NCBI GenBank assembly: GCA_036507075.1
Contig: DASXQR010000149.1
Location: forward strand, 1 to 22,992
Direction of reading: 5' to 3'
Length of the DNA stretch: 22,992 nt
DNA from: Acidobacteriota bacterium
GTDB taxonomy: Bacteria; Acidobacteriota; UBA6911; JACQSX01
Position 1 is the first letter of the stretch. Each line of letters starts with the position of its first letter. Positions 1 through 7,038 of the stretch are shown piece after piece. The notes beneath the pieces were generated by a model, which had not been told where the DNA came from, ran no database searches, and saw only the letters and a program-made list of their open reading frames with translations. The position numbers and the translations under genes are program-made.

Positions 1-126
1 ACAATTTTGCAAATCTTGAGCGTGAGCATTTTCGAAAAAATCCCGCTCAATCAAACACTTACGGAATCAGATTTCAAATTTGAGGAATCGACCCTTTGTA
101 AACAATTCTCTCTATTCAACTTTTAA
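1..126 (+). CDS. C-terminal end of an IS4-family transposase (5'-truncated by window edge; not in ORF track)
   Basis: Frame 1 reads TILQILSVSIFEKIPLNQTLTESDFKFEESTLCKQFSLFNF*, matching the ILQILSxxxFEK...QLxLF tail I recognise in IS4-family transposases. The stretch is AT-rich relative to the window, and the stop codon lies inside the terminal repeat. Confidence 0.8.
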   Translation, partial: TILQILSVSIFEKIPLNQTLTESDFKFEESTLCKQFSLFNF

Positions 127-139
127 CCGGACAGTAGTG
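1..139 (+). mobile_element. Right end of IS4-family insertion sequence; terminal inverted repeat TTAACCGGACAGTAGTG (123-139)
   Basis: The reverse complement CACTACTGTCCGGTTAA resembles known IS4-family ends and overlaps the transposase stop. The left end is outside the window. Confidence 0.75.
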
Positions 140-276
140 ACCAATGACCAATGACTAATGACGGTTCCAAGGGGAGGGTCCGCTTGCTTACGCGCGCGGT
201 TCGGATGCCGCCGATGCTCCCTCATTCCCCCACTCTCCCACTCTCCTACTCTCCTACTCTCCTACTCCCCCGCTCC
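138..276. repeat. Composite repeat region: (TGACCAA)-type heptamers 138-161, REP-like CCGCTTGCTTACGCGCGCGG 180-199, (CTCTCCYA)n octamers ~217-276
   Basis: Tandem units and an imperfect hairpin are directly visible. Confidence 0.8.
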
Positions 277-278
277 AC

Positions 279-2423
279 TCACCGCGGCGGGCGCTGCTCG
301 GGCGTAGGTTGGTCGCGGGGAATCGGTATCACCTTGGGCAGCCACTTGCGAAACTTCTCAAAGATGCCTTCCCCTTCCTGCGGCGTCACCGCGTGGATCG
401 GGCAGAGGAAGTTCGGCTCGGTGCCCGGAATGAGATATTCGGTGTACACAGCCGAGTATATGGTACCGTCCGGTCGCATGGCATAGTTGCAGCCCTCGGT
501 CGCCAGACCTCCGGAAACGCGACAAAGGCTGTACCCGCGAAGCGTCCTCGGTATGGCGAAGTTTCCATGCTGCATCAGGCGCGCAGTGCCTCTCATGTAA
601 CGACCCCAGATCGGAAGCGCCACGCGTCCGCCATAGCCCCCGGGCATGATTGGTTTCGGGTTGTCGTAGCCCACCCAGACGCCGCAGACAAGCTTGGGAG
701 AGAAGCCCACAAACCAGGCATCTTTGTAATCATTGGTGGTCCCCGTCTTTCCCGCGATGGGAAATCCCATTCCGGCCGTGGCAGCCGTGGCAGCCGTTCC
801 GCGCGAAACGACGTCGCGGAGCATGGATGTGATCTGGTAAGCAATTTCCGGTGATAGTACCGGCATGGGCCGCTGTTTCTCCTGATATACCGTGCGCCCT
901 TCCGAATCTTCCACCTGGATCACACAATGAGGTGTGGCCAGATTTCCTCTTGCGGCAAACACGCTGAAAGCCTGCGTCAGCTCCAGCACGCGCACTTCGC
1001 CGGCACCCAGGGCGAGCGACTCGTACGGTGGAAGGTCCGACTTTATTCCCAGGCGCCGCGCCGTCTCCATAGTGGGAGCGATCCCGATCTTTCGGATTAA
1101 AGCCACTGCTGCTTCATTAACCGACTTTGCCAGCCCTTCGCGAAGCGTAATTTCCCGCGGCTCGTTGCCTGCAATGTCCGCTGATTCCGAGACGTCGTTG
1201 GGAGAAACTGGAACAGTTTCAATGCGCGCAGGCGGAATGTAGCCTCGCAGCAGCGCAGTGGTGTAGACAATCGGTTTGAACGCTGAGCCGGGCTGGCGCA
1301 GCGCCTGGGTGACATGATTATACTGGCTGCCACCGTAATTCCGCCCGGCGACCATGGCGTTCATGCGCCCGGTTTCCACCTCTATGGAGACCATGCCCAC
1401 CTGCAGTTCCGGCTTTTCCGGATATTTGTATAATTGTTTCCCTGACTCCAGCCGGGCAATCTCCTGATTGGCGGAGTTTTCGGCGAGTTGCTGCAGTTGG
1501 GGTGAGTAACTCGAGTGGATCTTATATCCGTACTCATCAAGAATCCATTCGCCGGTAACTTCGACGAGCTCGGAACGCAGGAATTCTTTGAAGTAAATCT
1601 CTGTTCGCTCCACGGATCTTCGCCGCACAAACTTGACATTTTCGCCCAAAGCCTTTTCGTACAGATCGGGCTGGATAAAATTCTCCTGAAGCATGTTTGC
1701 CAGAACGGCGTTGCGGCGGCGAATCACCGCATCCGGATTGATCTTGGGATTGTAGAAATTGGGAGATTGAATGATGGCCGCCAGAGTGGCCGCTTCCGAA
1801 AGTGTGATCTGCTTGACGTCTTTGCCGAAGAAGTAACGGGCCGCAGCGGGCATTCCGTAGAGCGAACCGCCCATGAAAACGCGATTCAGATATCCTTCGA
1901 GAATCTCCTCCTTGTCGAACTGGTTCTCCAATTCGTAAGCAAGCAAGGCTTCCTGCAGTTTTCTCGATACAGTGCGGCGGTGGGTCAGGAATACTTGTCG
2001 CGCAAGCTGCTGGCTTAGCGTGCTCGCGCCTTCGCGCACTTGCGCCGAGGTGAGGTTCCGCCAGAGAGCTCGACCCATGCCCCGGATGTCAAAAGCGCCG
2101 TGGCTGTAGAAGCGGCGGTCTTCAATGGCGATTACCGCCTGCGCCAGATACGGGGGCATCTCGGCCAGCTTCAAATGGGTGCCGAAAGGGTCATGAAGAT
2201 CAAACCAGGGTTTGCCCGATTGATCATAAACAAGAGTGGGATGCTTGAAATGGCCCACCTTGCGATAAGCGCTGGAGAGCACAAGCAATCCGGCAAGGGA
2301 GATCAGGATAATCAATCCCAGTCCGAACCTTTGCAGTCCGACAGCCTGTTGTTCGGGTGTGAGACTGTCCCAGCGTGCCCGCCAGTATTGAAGGGTCCAC
2401 CAACTGCGCCACGGCGTCTCCAT
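279..2423 (-). CDS. Class A penicillin-binding protein (PBP1A family; GT51 transglycosylase + transpeptidase)
   Basis: N-terminal TM helix; GT51 motifs EDRRFYSHG, GASTLSQQL, RKLQE and YLN; transpeptidase motifs SAFK (SxxK), SVN (SxN) and KTGT. Confidence 0.96.
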   Translation of the reverse strand: METPWRSWWTLQYWRARWDSLTPEQQAVGLQRFGLGLIILISLAGLLVLSSAYRKVGHFKHPTLVYDQSGKPWFDLHDPFGTHLKLAEMPPYLAQAVIAIEDRRFYSHGAFDIRGMGRALWRNLTSAQVREGASTLSQQLARQVFLTHRRTVSRKLQEALLAYELENQFDKEEILEGYLNRVFMGGSLYGMPAAARYFFGKDVKQITLSEAATLAAIIQSPNFYNPKINPDAVIRRRNAVLANMLQENFIQPDLYEKALGENVKFVRRRSVERTEIYFKEFLRSELVEVTGEWILDEYGYKIHSSYSPQLQQLAENSANQEIARLESGKQLYKYPEKPELQVGMVSIEVETGRMNAMVAGRNYGGSQYNHVTQALRQPGSAFKPIVYTTALLRGYIPPARIETVPVSPNDVSESADIAGNEPREITLREGLAKSVNEAAVALIRKIGIAPTMETARRLGIKSDLPPYESLALGAGEVRVLELTQAFSVFAARGNLATPHCVIQVEDSEGRTVYQEKQRPMPVLSPEIAYQITSMLRDVVSRGTAATAATAGMGFPIAGKTGTTNDYKDAWFVGFSPKLVCGVWVGYDNPKPIMPGGYGGRVALPIWGRYMRGTARLMQHGNFAIPRTLRGYSLCRVSGGLATEGCNYAMRPDGTIYSAVYTEYLIPGTEPNFLCPIHAVTPQEGEGIFEKFRKWLPKVIPIPRDQPTPEQRPPR

Positions 2424-2450
2424 TCAATTGCGATGATAGCACGCCGGTTT

Positions 2451-2478
2451 GTCCGTTGTCCGTCGTCCGCGGTCCGTT
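2451..2478. repeat. Heptamer tandem repeat (GTCCGTT/GTCCGTC/GTCCGCG/GTCCGTT)
   Basis: Four units; same family as 5063-5094, 11381-11402 and 12804-12835. Confidence 0.8.
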
Positions 2479-2558
2479 GCACGCGAGTTGGTCATCCGTG
2501 TCGGTACCGCGACCGCAAGCCCGGATTATTGACAAACTGATTGCCACGAAGACACCAA

Positions 2559-2587
2559 GGGACATCATTTAGCCTGAAGGCTATAAT
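2559..2587 (+). promoter_or_regulatory. Putative sigma70 promoter GGGACA-17 nt-TATAAT, 7 nt before ATG 2595 (leaderless)
   Basis: Perfect -10 at 2582-2587, 4/6 match -35 at 2559-2564, 17-nt spacer. Confidence 0.5.
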
Positions 2588-2594
2588 CCAGTTG

Positions 2595-2855
2595 ATGCCG
2601 ATGCTTGGAACACTGGCCCTTCTGGCGGTGGCAATTCTGATGGTGTTGTACTTTGCCCGCAGCAGTGATGCAACTTTCCGGGGGGCCGTGCGCAGAGGAG
2701 ATGTTTTTCACTGCCCGCACTGTGACATTCAGGTCAGTCCGGATAACCCGATGGTGGATAATTTTTCAGGATTGAAGATTGGCGCGCGCCAGCATCGCCG
2801 TTGGTGTCAGGTGTGTGAAAGAAATGCCGAGCAGCACCTGATTCATCGTGCGTAG
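2595..2855 (+). CDS. Small membrane-anchored zinc-ribbon-like protein (86 aa; start moved to ATG 2595, alternative 2601)
   Basis: N-terminal hydrophobic helix LGTLALLAVAILMVLYF followed by CPHC...WCQVC; promoter-like element directly upstream. Confidence 0.7.
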   Translation: MPMLGTLALLAVAILMVLYFARSSDATFRGAVRRGDVFHCPHCDIQVSPDNPMVDNFSGLKIGARQHRRWCQVCERNAEQHLIHRA

Positions 2856-2885
2856 TTGCCTGTAAGCCCGCATTATTCGCAAGTC

Positions 2886-3058
2886 TTCACCGCCAAGAAC
2901 GCGAAGAGCGCTAAGAAGGGCGTAAAGGGCGGGGGCTGAAACTTGAAGCATGAAGGCCATCCCATCGTCTCTTCCGTCTGCGTGGTGTCTTCATGCTTCA
3001 AGTTTCAGCCCCCGCCCTTTAACGCTCTCTTGGTGTTCTTGGCGTTCTTTGCGGTTAA
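2886..3058. repeat. Long palindromic element with 9-mer tandem arms and a 33-bp perfect inner stem; possible bidirectional terminator
   Basis: 2923-2955 is the exact reverse complement of 2989-3021; outer arms ACCGCCAAG AACGCGAAG AGCGCTAAG vs CTTGGTGTT CTTGGCGTT CTTTGCGGT; lies between convergent genes. Confidence 0.85.
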
Positions 3059-3079
3059 GTTTTTCGGGAATAATCCAGG

Positions 3080-3487
3080 CTACGATGTGCGGCCGAAAAG
3101 AGTCTTCACTGACTCCCGGAGCAGAACAATTATCGTAAAAATGCCTAAAACAGTTCCAAAGGGCATGAAGATGCACTCGATTCCTGCCATGACCAGACAG
3201 AACACGTAACGCGTGTGCCTTGAGAGACAACGCGCTGCAATGAACAGGCACACGGCAAAGGCCGCGCCGCAGATCATCCAAACGCCGGCAAAGGCGATAA
3301 AGAACCATCCCATTAGGTGGGCTGATGGGTCCTTCGAAGCTGAAGCGAAAGAGCCCGTCACCATGCCGATGCCGATCGCCAGGTGAATTAGGGGAAACAA
3401 AGCAAACAAGGCCGCCAGGCCGGCGACCACGTAATGGAATATTGATAGAAGCTTCAGATGTTGGAAATCTTCGTTCACTGTGTTCAT
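3080..3487 (-). CDS. Small integral membrane hypothetical protein (135 aa, ~3-4 hydrophobic segments)
   Basis: HLKLLSIFHYV start, several TM-like segments, ECIFMPFGTVLGIFTIIVLLRESVK tail; ATG one base after the upstream gene's TAA. Confidence 0.85.
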   Translation of the reverse strand: MNTVNEDFQHLKLLSIFHYVVAGLAALFALFPLIHLAIGIGMVTGSFASASKDPSAHLMGWFFIAFAGVWMICGAAFAVCLFIAARCLSRHTRYVFCLVMAGIECIFMPFGTVLGIFTIIVLLRESVKTLFGRTS

Positions 3488-3488
3488 T

Positions 3489-3724
3489 TTAGTCTACATC
3501 GGCGGCGTCTTCGTCGTCAGTCAGGTACTCCCACATCTCATTCTGATGCAGCCAGATCGGATCTGCATTCCGTCGAATGAATTCATCGACATCCATGCCA
3601 TCAATGGTCGGCGGCCGTTTGACTCGCTTCTGTTTGCCATTGATGAAGATCGTCATGTACTCCTTCTTGCGACGCTTTTTTCGGCCTTCTCGGTAGCAGT
3701 AAGTTTTCTTTTAGACTTGCCCAT
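3489..3724 (-). pseudogene. Small hypothetical gene with a 1-nt frameshift in an A6 run (restored 78 aa: MGKSKRKLTATEKAEKKRRKKEYMTIFINGKQKRVKRPPTIDGMDVDEFIRRNADPIWLHQNEMWEYLTDDEDAADVD)
   Basis: ATG at 3724 to TAA at 3489 spans 236 nt (3n+2). Adding one A at 3676-3681 gives a coherent protein. It begins 22 nt after the attC-like site. Confidence 0.75.
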
Positions 3725-3746
3725 AATGAACTTTGAGCCTTAAACC

Positions 3747-3801
3747 GCCTAACGATAGGCATCAGCGGCGGAGCGGTTTGGCTGCATGCTCGTGGTTAGG
3801 T
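3747..3801 (-). mobile_element. Integron attC-like recombination site
   Basis: Minus strand: ACCTAAC (RYYYAAC)-cacga-GCATGCAGC-caaaccgctccgcc-GCTGATGC-ctatc-GTTAGGC (GTTRRRY). The L boxes pair with one extrahelical base, and the site starts 5 nt after the antitoxin stop. At 55 nt it is on the short side. Confidence 0.8.
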
Positions 3802-3806
3802 GGTAT

Positions 3807-4046
3807 TCAAACTTCCTCCAGTCGTACGCCTCGACCGGCTCTTAGATTCTTTCTTGCAGAATTAATCCGCCGCAGGAACCTTGGATCGTTTTCTAAGCGG
3901 TAATCAAACCAATCGTCTTCGGACTTGAAGCCAATCAAAATTCCCGCTGGCTTCCCATGACGGGTGATCACTACTTCCTCTTTTTCTGCGACCCGCAGAT
4001 ACTTCGAAAGGTCATCTTTTATTTGTGACAGAGCTACCTTCTTCAT
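3807..4046 (-). CDS. Type II antitoxin, Phd/YefM family
   Basis: MKKVALSQIKDDLSKYLRVAEKEEVVITRHGKPAGILI is a typical Phd N-terminal pattern; ATGA overlap with the toxin. Confidence 0.92.
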   Translation of the reverse strand: MKKVALSQIKDDLSKYLRVAEKEEVVITRHGKPAGILIGFKSEDDWFDYRLENDPRFLRRINSARKNLRAGRGVRLEEV

Positions 4047-4336
4047 TTAGATTCTCCCCACTCGTCGAGCCACGAAGCCGCTTGCGATTTGGGAACAATG
4101 GCTAAGATTTCCACTGTTGTGCCGGAAACATCATAAAAAACTCGCACGTCATTCGCGCGTAGCCGGTACTGTGGACGACTTGTTCCTCGGAGGCGTTTGA
4201 TCCGGCTCCTACTCACCCTTTCTGGCTGGTGTGTAAGGTGCTCAATAATTGCGTCCCGCACCGCCGATCGCTTGTGTGCTTCCAACTTTCGTAAGTCCTC
4301 CACAGCTTCGGGAGATAGGACTATTGTATAACGCAT
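4043..4336 (-). CDS. Type II toxin, RelE/ParE family
   Basis: YTIVLSPEAVEDLRKL...IKRLRG...YRLRANDVRVFYDV...VEILAI is a RelE-like pattern; 97 aa. Confidence 0.92.
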   Translation of the reverse strand: MRYTIVLSPEAVEDLRKLEAHKRSAVRDAIIEHLTHQPERVSRSRIKRLRGTSRPQYRLRANDVRVFYDVSGTTVEILAIVPKSQAASWLDEWGESK

Positions 4337-4357
4337 TCTGGCCAGATTATAGCCAGA
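4337..4357 (-). promoter_or_regulatory. Putative TA promoter -10 (TATAAT, 4351-4346) with overlapping operator-like repeats
   Basis: Minus strand TCTGGC-TATAAT-CTGGCCAGA-ATG; palindrome TCTGGCCAGA at 4337-4346; no convincing -35. Confidence 0.5.
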
Positions 4358-4714
4358 CTCTCTTTCAAGAAGGAGAAACTGGAGTGAAAAGTAGCGACCG
4401 GGAAAGCGGGTAGGTAATTTGGCAGCACTGATGGGGTGCGAAAGGGGGGCGAAAATCTACCGTTGAGTTGCCAGAGACAGACGTAGTGGTCAAGCTGGCG
4501 GCAGGCCTTATGTAAAAGATAAGGTCAACTGGTGCGGTGTAATGGAGTGGGATCATTAGGAAATGGGGAGTTTCATTGAATCCCATCCCAGTGTCTCGAT
4601 GTAAAAAAATCTCAAACCAGAGACGGCCACCTTGCAGGAACTCCAGGGGGCCGATGAAGACACTCGAACACGTGCGATTCTATCCCGGCACACGTTACCG
4701 GGGTTAGTCCATCC

Positions 4715-4912
4715 TTACTTCTTCTTCTTTGATGAAGACTTCTTTGGCGGCACCTTGGCTCCTGCTCGGCGGGCCTGCGACAGGCCGATGGCGATCGCCT
4801 GCTTGCGGCTTTTTACTTTCTTACCGGAACGGCCGCTTTTCAGCGTGCCCTTTTTCCGCTCGTGCATTGCCTTCTCAACTTTTTCCGATGCTTTCTTTCC
4901 GTACTTGGCCAT
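4715..4912 (-). CDS. Small basic protein, DUF6496-like (65 aa; start moved to ATG 4912)
   Basis: MAKYGKKASEKVEKAMHERKKGTLKSGRSGKKVKSRKQAIAIGLSQARRAGAKVP; GGGGAG ribosome-binding site upstream. Confidence 0.88.
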   Translation of the reverse strand: MAKYGKKASEKVEKAMHERKKGTLKSGRSGKKVKSRKQAIAIGLSQARRAGAKVPPKKSSSKKKK

Positions 4913-4990
4913 TGCTGTTTCTCCCCAGAAGACAATTTCCCAATCGGCTACCCGCTGGCAAAACGTCTGCGCGATGCCACTATGCGGAAA

Positions 4991-5094
4991 CTCGGCGTTC
5001 TTTGCGGCTCTGCGGTGATGCAACGTGTCCGTCTACGGCCGGCTTTCATTTGGGGCTAAGTACAACGGACCACGGACTACTGACTACTGACTAC
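4991..5094. repeat. 9-mer arm (CTCGGCGTT CTTTGCGGC TCTGCGGTG, 4991-5017) and heptamer array (CAACGGA CCACGGA CTACTGA CTACTGA, 5063-5094)
   Basis: Tandem units visible; same families as elsewhere in the window. Confidence 0.75.
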
Positions 5095-5100
5095 GAACAA

Positions 5101-5760
5101 TCAATGCTCCGAAACGCCTTTAACAATTAGCGCCAGCGGCAGGTCCGATCCGGATTGGGTCTTTAACTTGACCACCAGCATCAGGTGTCCCTGATCATTT
5201 TCCGAGAGGGCCGGATAACTTTCCACTTTCGGAGGTTCAGGCAAACTCAGAGGAGAGGGATGAGCCGACCCGCTCGCGCTTTTGCTGAGCTTCACCAGGT
5301 CCTCAAATTGGTATTCGGCATTGACGTCCTGGTCCTGCGCCAGCGGATTTAGCAGCACAAAATCACGATTGGGCGCTATACCCATGTGATCTCCGTCGGC
5401 AGGGTGGAGTTCATAGCGCATCGTGTAGGTTCCAGCCTTGAGCGGTCGGCCTTTGTAATCGCGGGTGTTTTTTGGGAACGTGATGACACCGAGGAATGTC
5501 GACTCGCCCAGTTGACCGTAGGCAACACCAGGGGCCTCGTTTTTTGCCCGCGTTGGCACTGCTTTTCGAAACCAGACTTCGCACAGGGTTCCGCCTTCGT
5601 CAACTACGCGGTAACCGACCGGTTCGAGCGCATTCTTCGCCGATTCTGACGCGGCCGGATTCGCAAAGGCTCCCGCCGGCTCCACCTTCTTGTCATTTGA
5701 AAGTGCGGCCGTGGTGAAGGTCGCGAGGAAAAGGAAGATAAGACGTATATGCATTCTCAT
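5101..5760 (-). CDS. Secreted hypothetical protein (~219 aa; start ATG 5760 or 5754)
   Basis: Signal peptide HIRLIFLFLATFTTAALS; motif-like segments LCEVWFRK, KAGTYTMRY, HPADGDHMG, RDFVLL and GSAHP. Confidence 0.85.
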   Translation of the reverse strand: MRMHIRLIFLFLATFTTAALSNDKKVEPAGAFANPAASESAKNALEPVGYRVVDEGGTLCEVWFRKAVPTRAKNEAPGVAYGQLGESTFLGVITFPKNTRDYKGRPLKAGTYTMRYELHPADGDHMGIAPNRDFVLLNPLAQDQDVNAEYQFEDLVKLSKSASGSAHPSPLSLPEPPKVESYPALSENDQGHLMLVVKLKTQSGSDLPLALIVKGVSEH

Positions 5761-5769
5761 GGATTGGAG

Positions 5770-5850
5770 CACGAATTACAAACACGAATTAACACGAATT
5801 TCACGAATTTACACGAATGAAAACATTCGTGTAATTCGTGAAATTCGTGG
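5770..5850. repeat. Inverted tandem array: (CACGAAT)x5 facing (ATTCGTG)x3, ~9-nt period
   Basis: Directly visible; can form a hairpin. Confidence 0.88.
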
Positions 5851-5866
5851 TCTACTGCCAGGATGG

Positions 5867-6547
5867 TTAACGCGCGAAGCTGCCTACAAAAGCGCTGCGT
5901 TTGTCGCTCAGTGTCCAGGAAACCCCGAGGCCTGAGCCAAGATACTGATCGAGAACGGCGACCGCCGGCATGGCATGCGCCAGGGCAACCAGCGGCGGAT
6001 AATAGGCGCTCTCATTGCCGCACAGGTGATCGAATTCTCCAATGGAGCGGGTCTTAATTCCCGCCAGCGCACCCGCCTTCAAATATACCTGTCCGGGATG
6101 GCCGTCATGCTGTTCCACTTCCATCTCGATCGGGGCTGACTCTACCAGCTCCGAATGTGCCAGCAAGTCACCAGCCATTCCGCGGGCAAAGCTTATCAGA
6201 GCTTCGCGCTGTTCGACGGTCGCTTTCTGATCAACGATCAGCACGGATCTTGCCGGATAGGGATTATTGTGCGGATCACCCAGCGTGGCATGAGCCTTGG
6301 CGACGGCGACTACGCTCAAGCCGTCCAGCGCAACACCGTTCCACGTTCCTTTTTGAACTTTCCACGCCAGGATGGCCTGGTCTCCTGTAAGTCCGACTTC
6401 ACCGTTCGCAAAGCAGGGTCCCGTGTACACATCGGCGCTGCGTGTTTCCACGTAGTCGCCGTAAATTTGCTGCGCCTGGGCGGTGGCCGACAGCGCCAGC
6501 AGTATGATTCCCGCAAGGGCATAAAAACAGGGCTTACGCATGGTCAA
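5867..6547 (-). CDS. Secreted DUF1326-like protein
   Basis: Signal peptide ending AQA-Q; GDYVETRSADVYTGPCFANGE, AWKVQKGTWNGVALDGLSVV and VDQKATVEQREAL resemble DUF1326; AGGAGG ribosome-binding site. Confidence 0.8.
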   Translation of the reverse strand: MTMRKPCFYALAGIILLALSATAQAQQIYGDYVETRSADVYTGPCFANGEVGLTGDQAILAWKVQKGTWNGVALDGLSVVAVAKAHATLGDPHNNPYPARSVLIVDQKATVEQREALISFARGMAGDLLAHSELVESAPIEMEVEQHDGHPGQVYLKAGALAGIKTRSIGEFDHLCGNESAYYPPLVALAHAMPAVAVLDQYLGSGLGVSWTLSDKRSAFVGSFAR

Positions 6548-6627
6548 TGGTCCTCCTGAGTTTCAAATCGACACTGCTAGTGTAACAGAACCGGCATGTC
6601 ATTTCGACTGTCGTGCGCGAGCATGAA

Positions 6628-6777
6628 AACCACAAAGACACGAAGGACACAAAGGGAAGACATGGGGCAGGCAGAGGCCGGTCAGCTTGAAAAGCCCTTG
6701 ACAGCTCTCACTTTTGGACGCTGACCGGTCTCTGGCTGCCCCACGTCCTACTTCGTGCTCTTTGTGCCTTTGTGGTT
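6628..6777. repeat. Palindromic element with AACCACAAAG ACACGAAGG ACACAAAG arms and an imperfect inner inverted repeat
   Basis: Arms 6628-6654 vs 6751-6777; inner GACATGGGGCAGGCAGAGGCCGGTCAGC vs GCTGACCGGTCTCTGGCTGCCCCACGTC. Confidence 0.85.
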
Positions 6778-6786
6778 AAAAGATTC

Positions 6787-7038
6787 TTACTCGACTTCTG
6801 TCTCTACGGGGATCTCCCCGGTTCCATAGCACGCGCGCTCGGGAGAGGAACAATTACCGGGCTCGGCCACCTGGCCGTCCGGTCCAATGCAGGTCTGAGT
6901 GTACTGGCACCAGAACAGACCTTCATTTGAAGGCTGGACCGTCGGATCATGATCGGCCGGAATGAACATCGATTTCCATTGCAGGCAGGGACAGAGATCC
7001 GGCCGATCCGTATTGAACCGCTCGAATTCGGTGCTCAC
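6787..7038 (-). CDS. Small Cys-rich protein (83 aa, 6 Cys) translationally coupled to the FAD subunit
   Basis: GTG start overlapping the upstream TGA (GTGA), with an AAGAGGA ribosome-binding site; CPC...FWCQYTQTCIGPDG...C...RACY. Confidence 0.8.
   Translation of the reverse strand: MSTEFERFNTDRPDLCPCLQWKSMFIPADHDPTVQPSNEGLFWCQYTQTCIGPDGQVAEPGNCSSPERACYGTGEIPVETEVE

Noticed and set aside
151..486. 111-aa plus-strand ORF
   Set aside because: Translation of octamer repeats (PTLPLSYS) plus the antisense of the PBP 3' end.
2529..2587. TTGACA (2529-2534) paired with TATAAT (2582-2587)
   Set aside because: The 47-nt spacing is too long; GGGACA at 17 nt fits better.
2886..3060. Second attC starting at ACTTAAC (minus strand, 3060-3054)
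   Set aside because: The far end is GTGAAGA rather than GTTRRRY, the element is too long, and it belongs to the 9-mer-arm family.
3480..3743. 87-aa plus-strand ORF
   Set aside because: Antisense to the frameshifted minus-strand gene, which fits the attC orientation and the neighbouring genes.
4365..4630. Possible attC, attI or integrase remnant upstream of the toxin; 73-aa ORF
   Set aside because: ACTCAAC at 4468-4462 has no matching GTTRRRY or L boxes and there are no recombinase motifs; the region remains unexplained.
5770..5850. Possible CRISPR array in the tandem repeats (also 22631-22773)
   Set aside because: Units are 7-10 nt with no unique spacers, and there are no cas genes.
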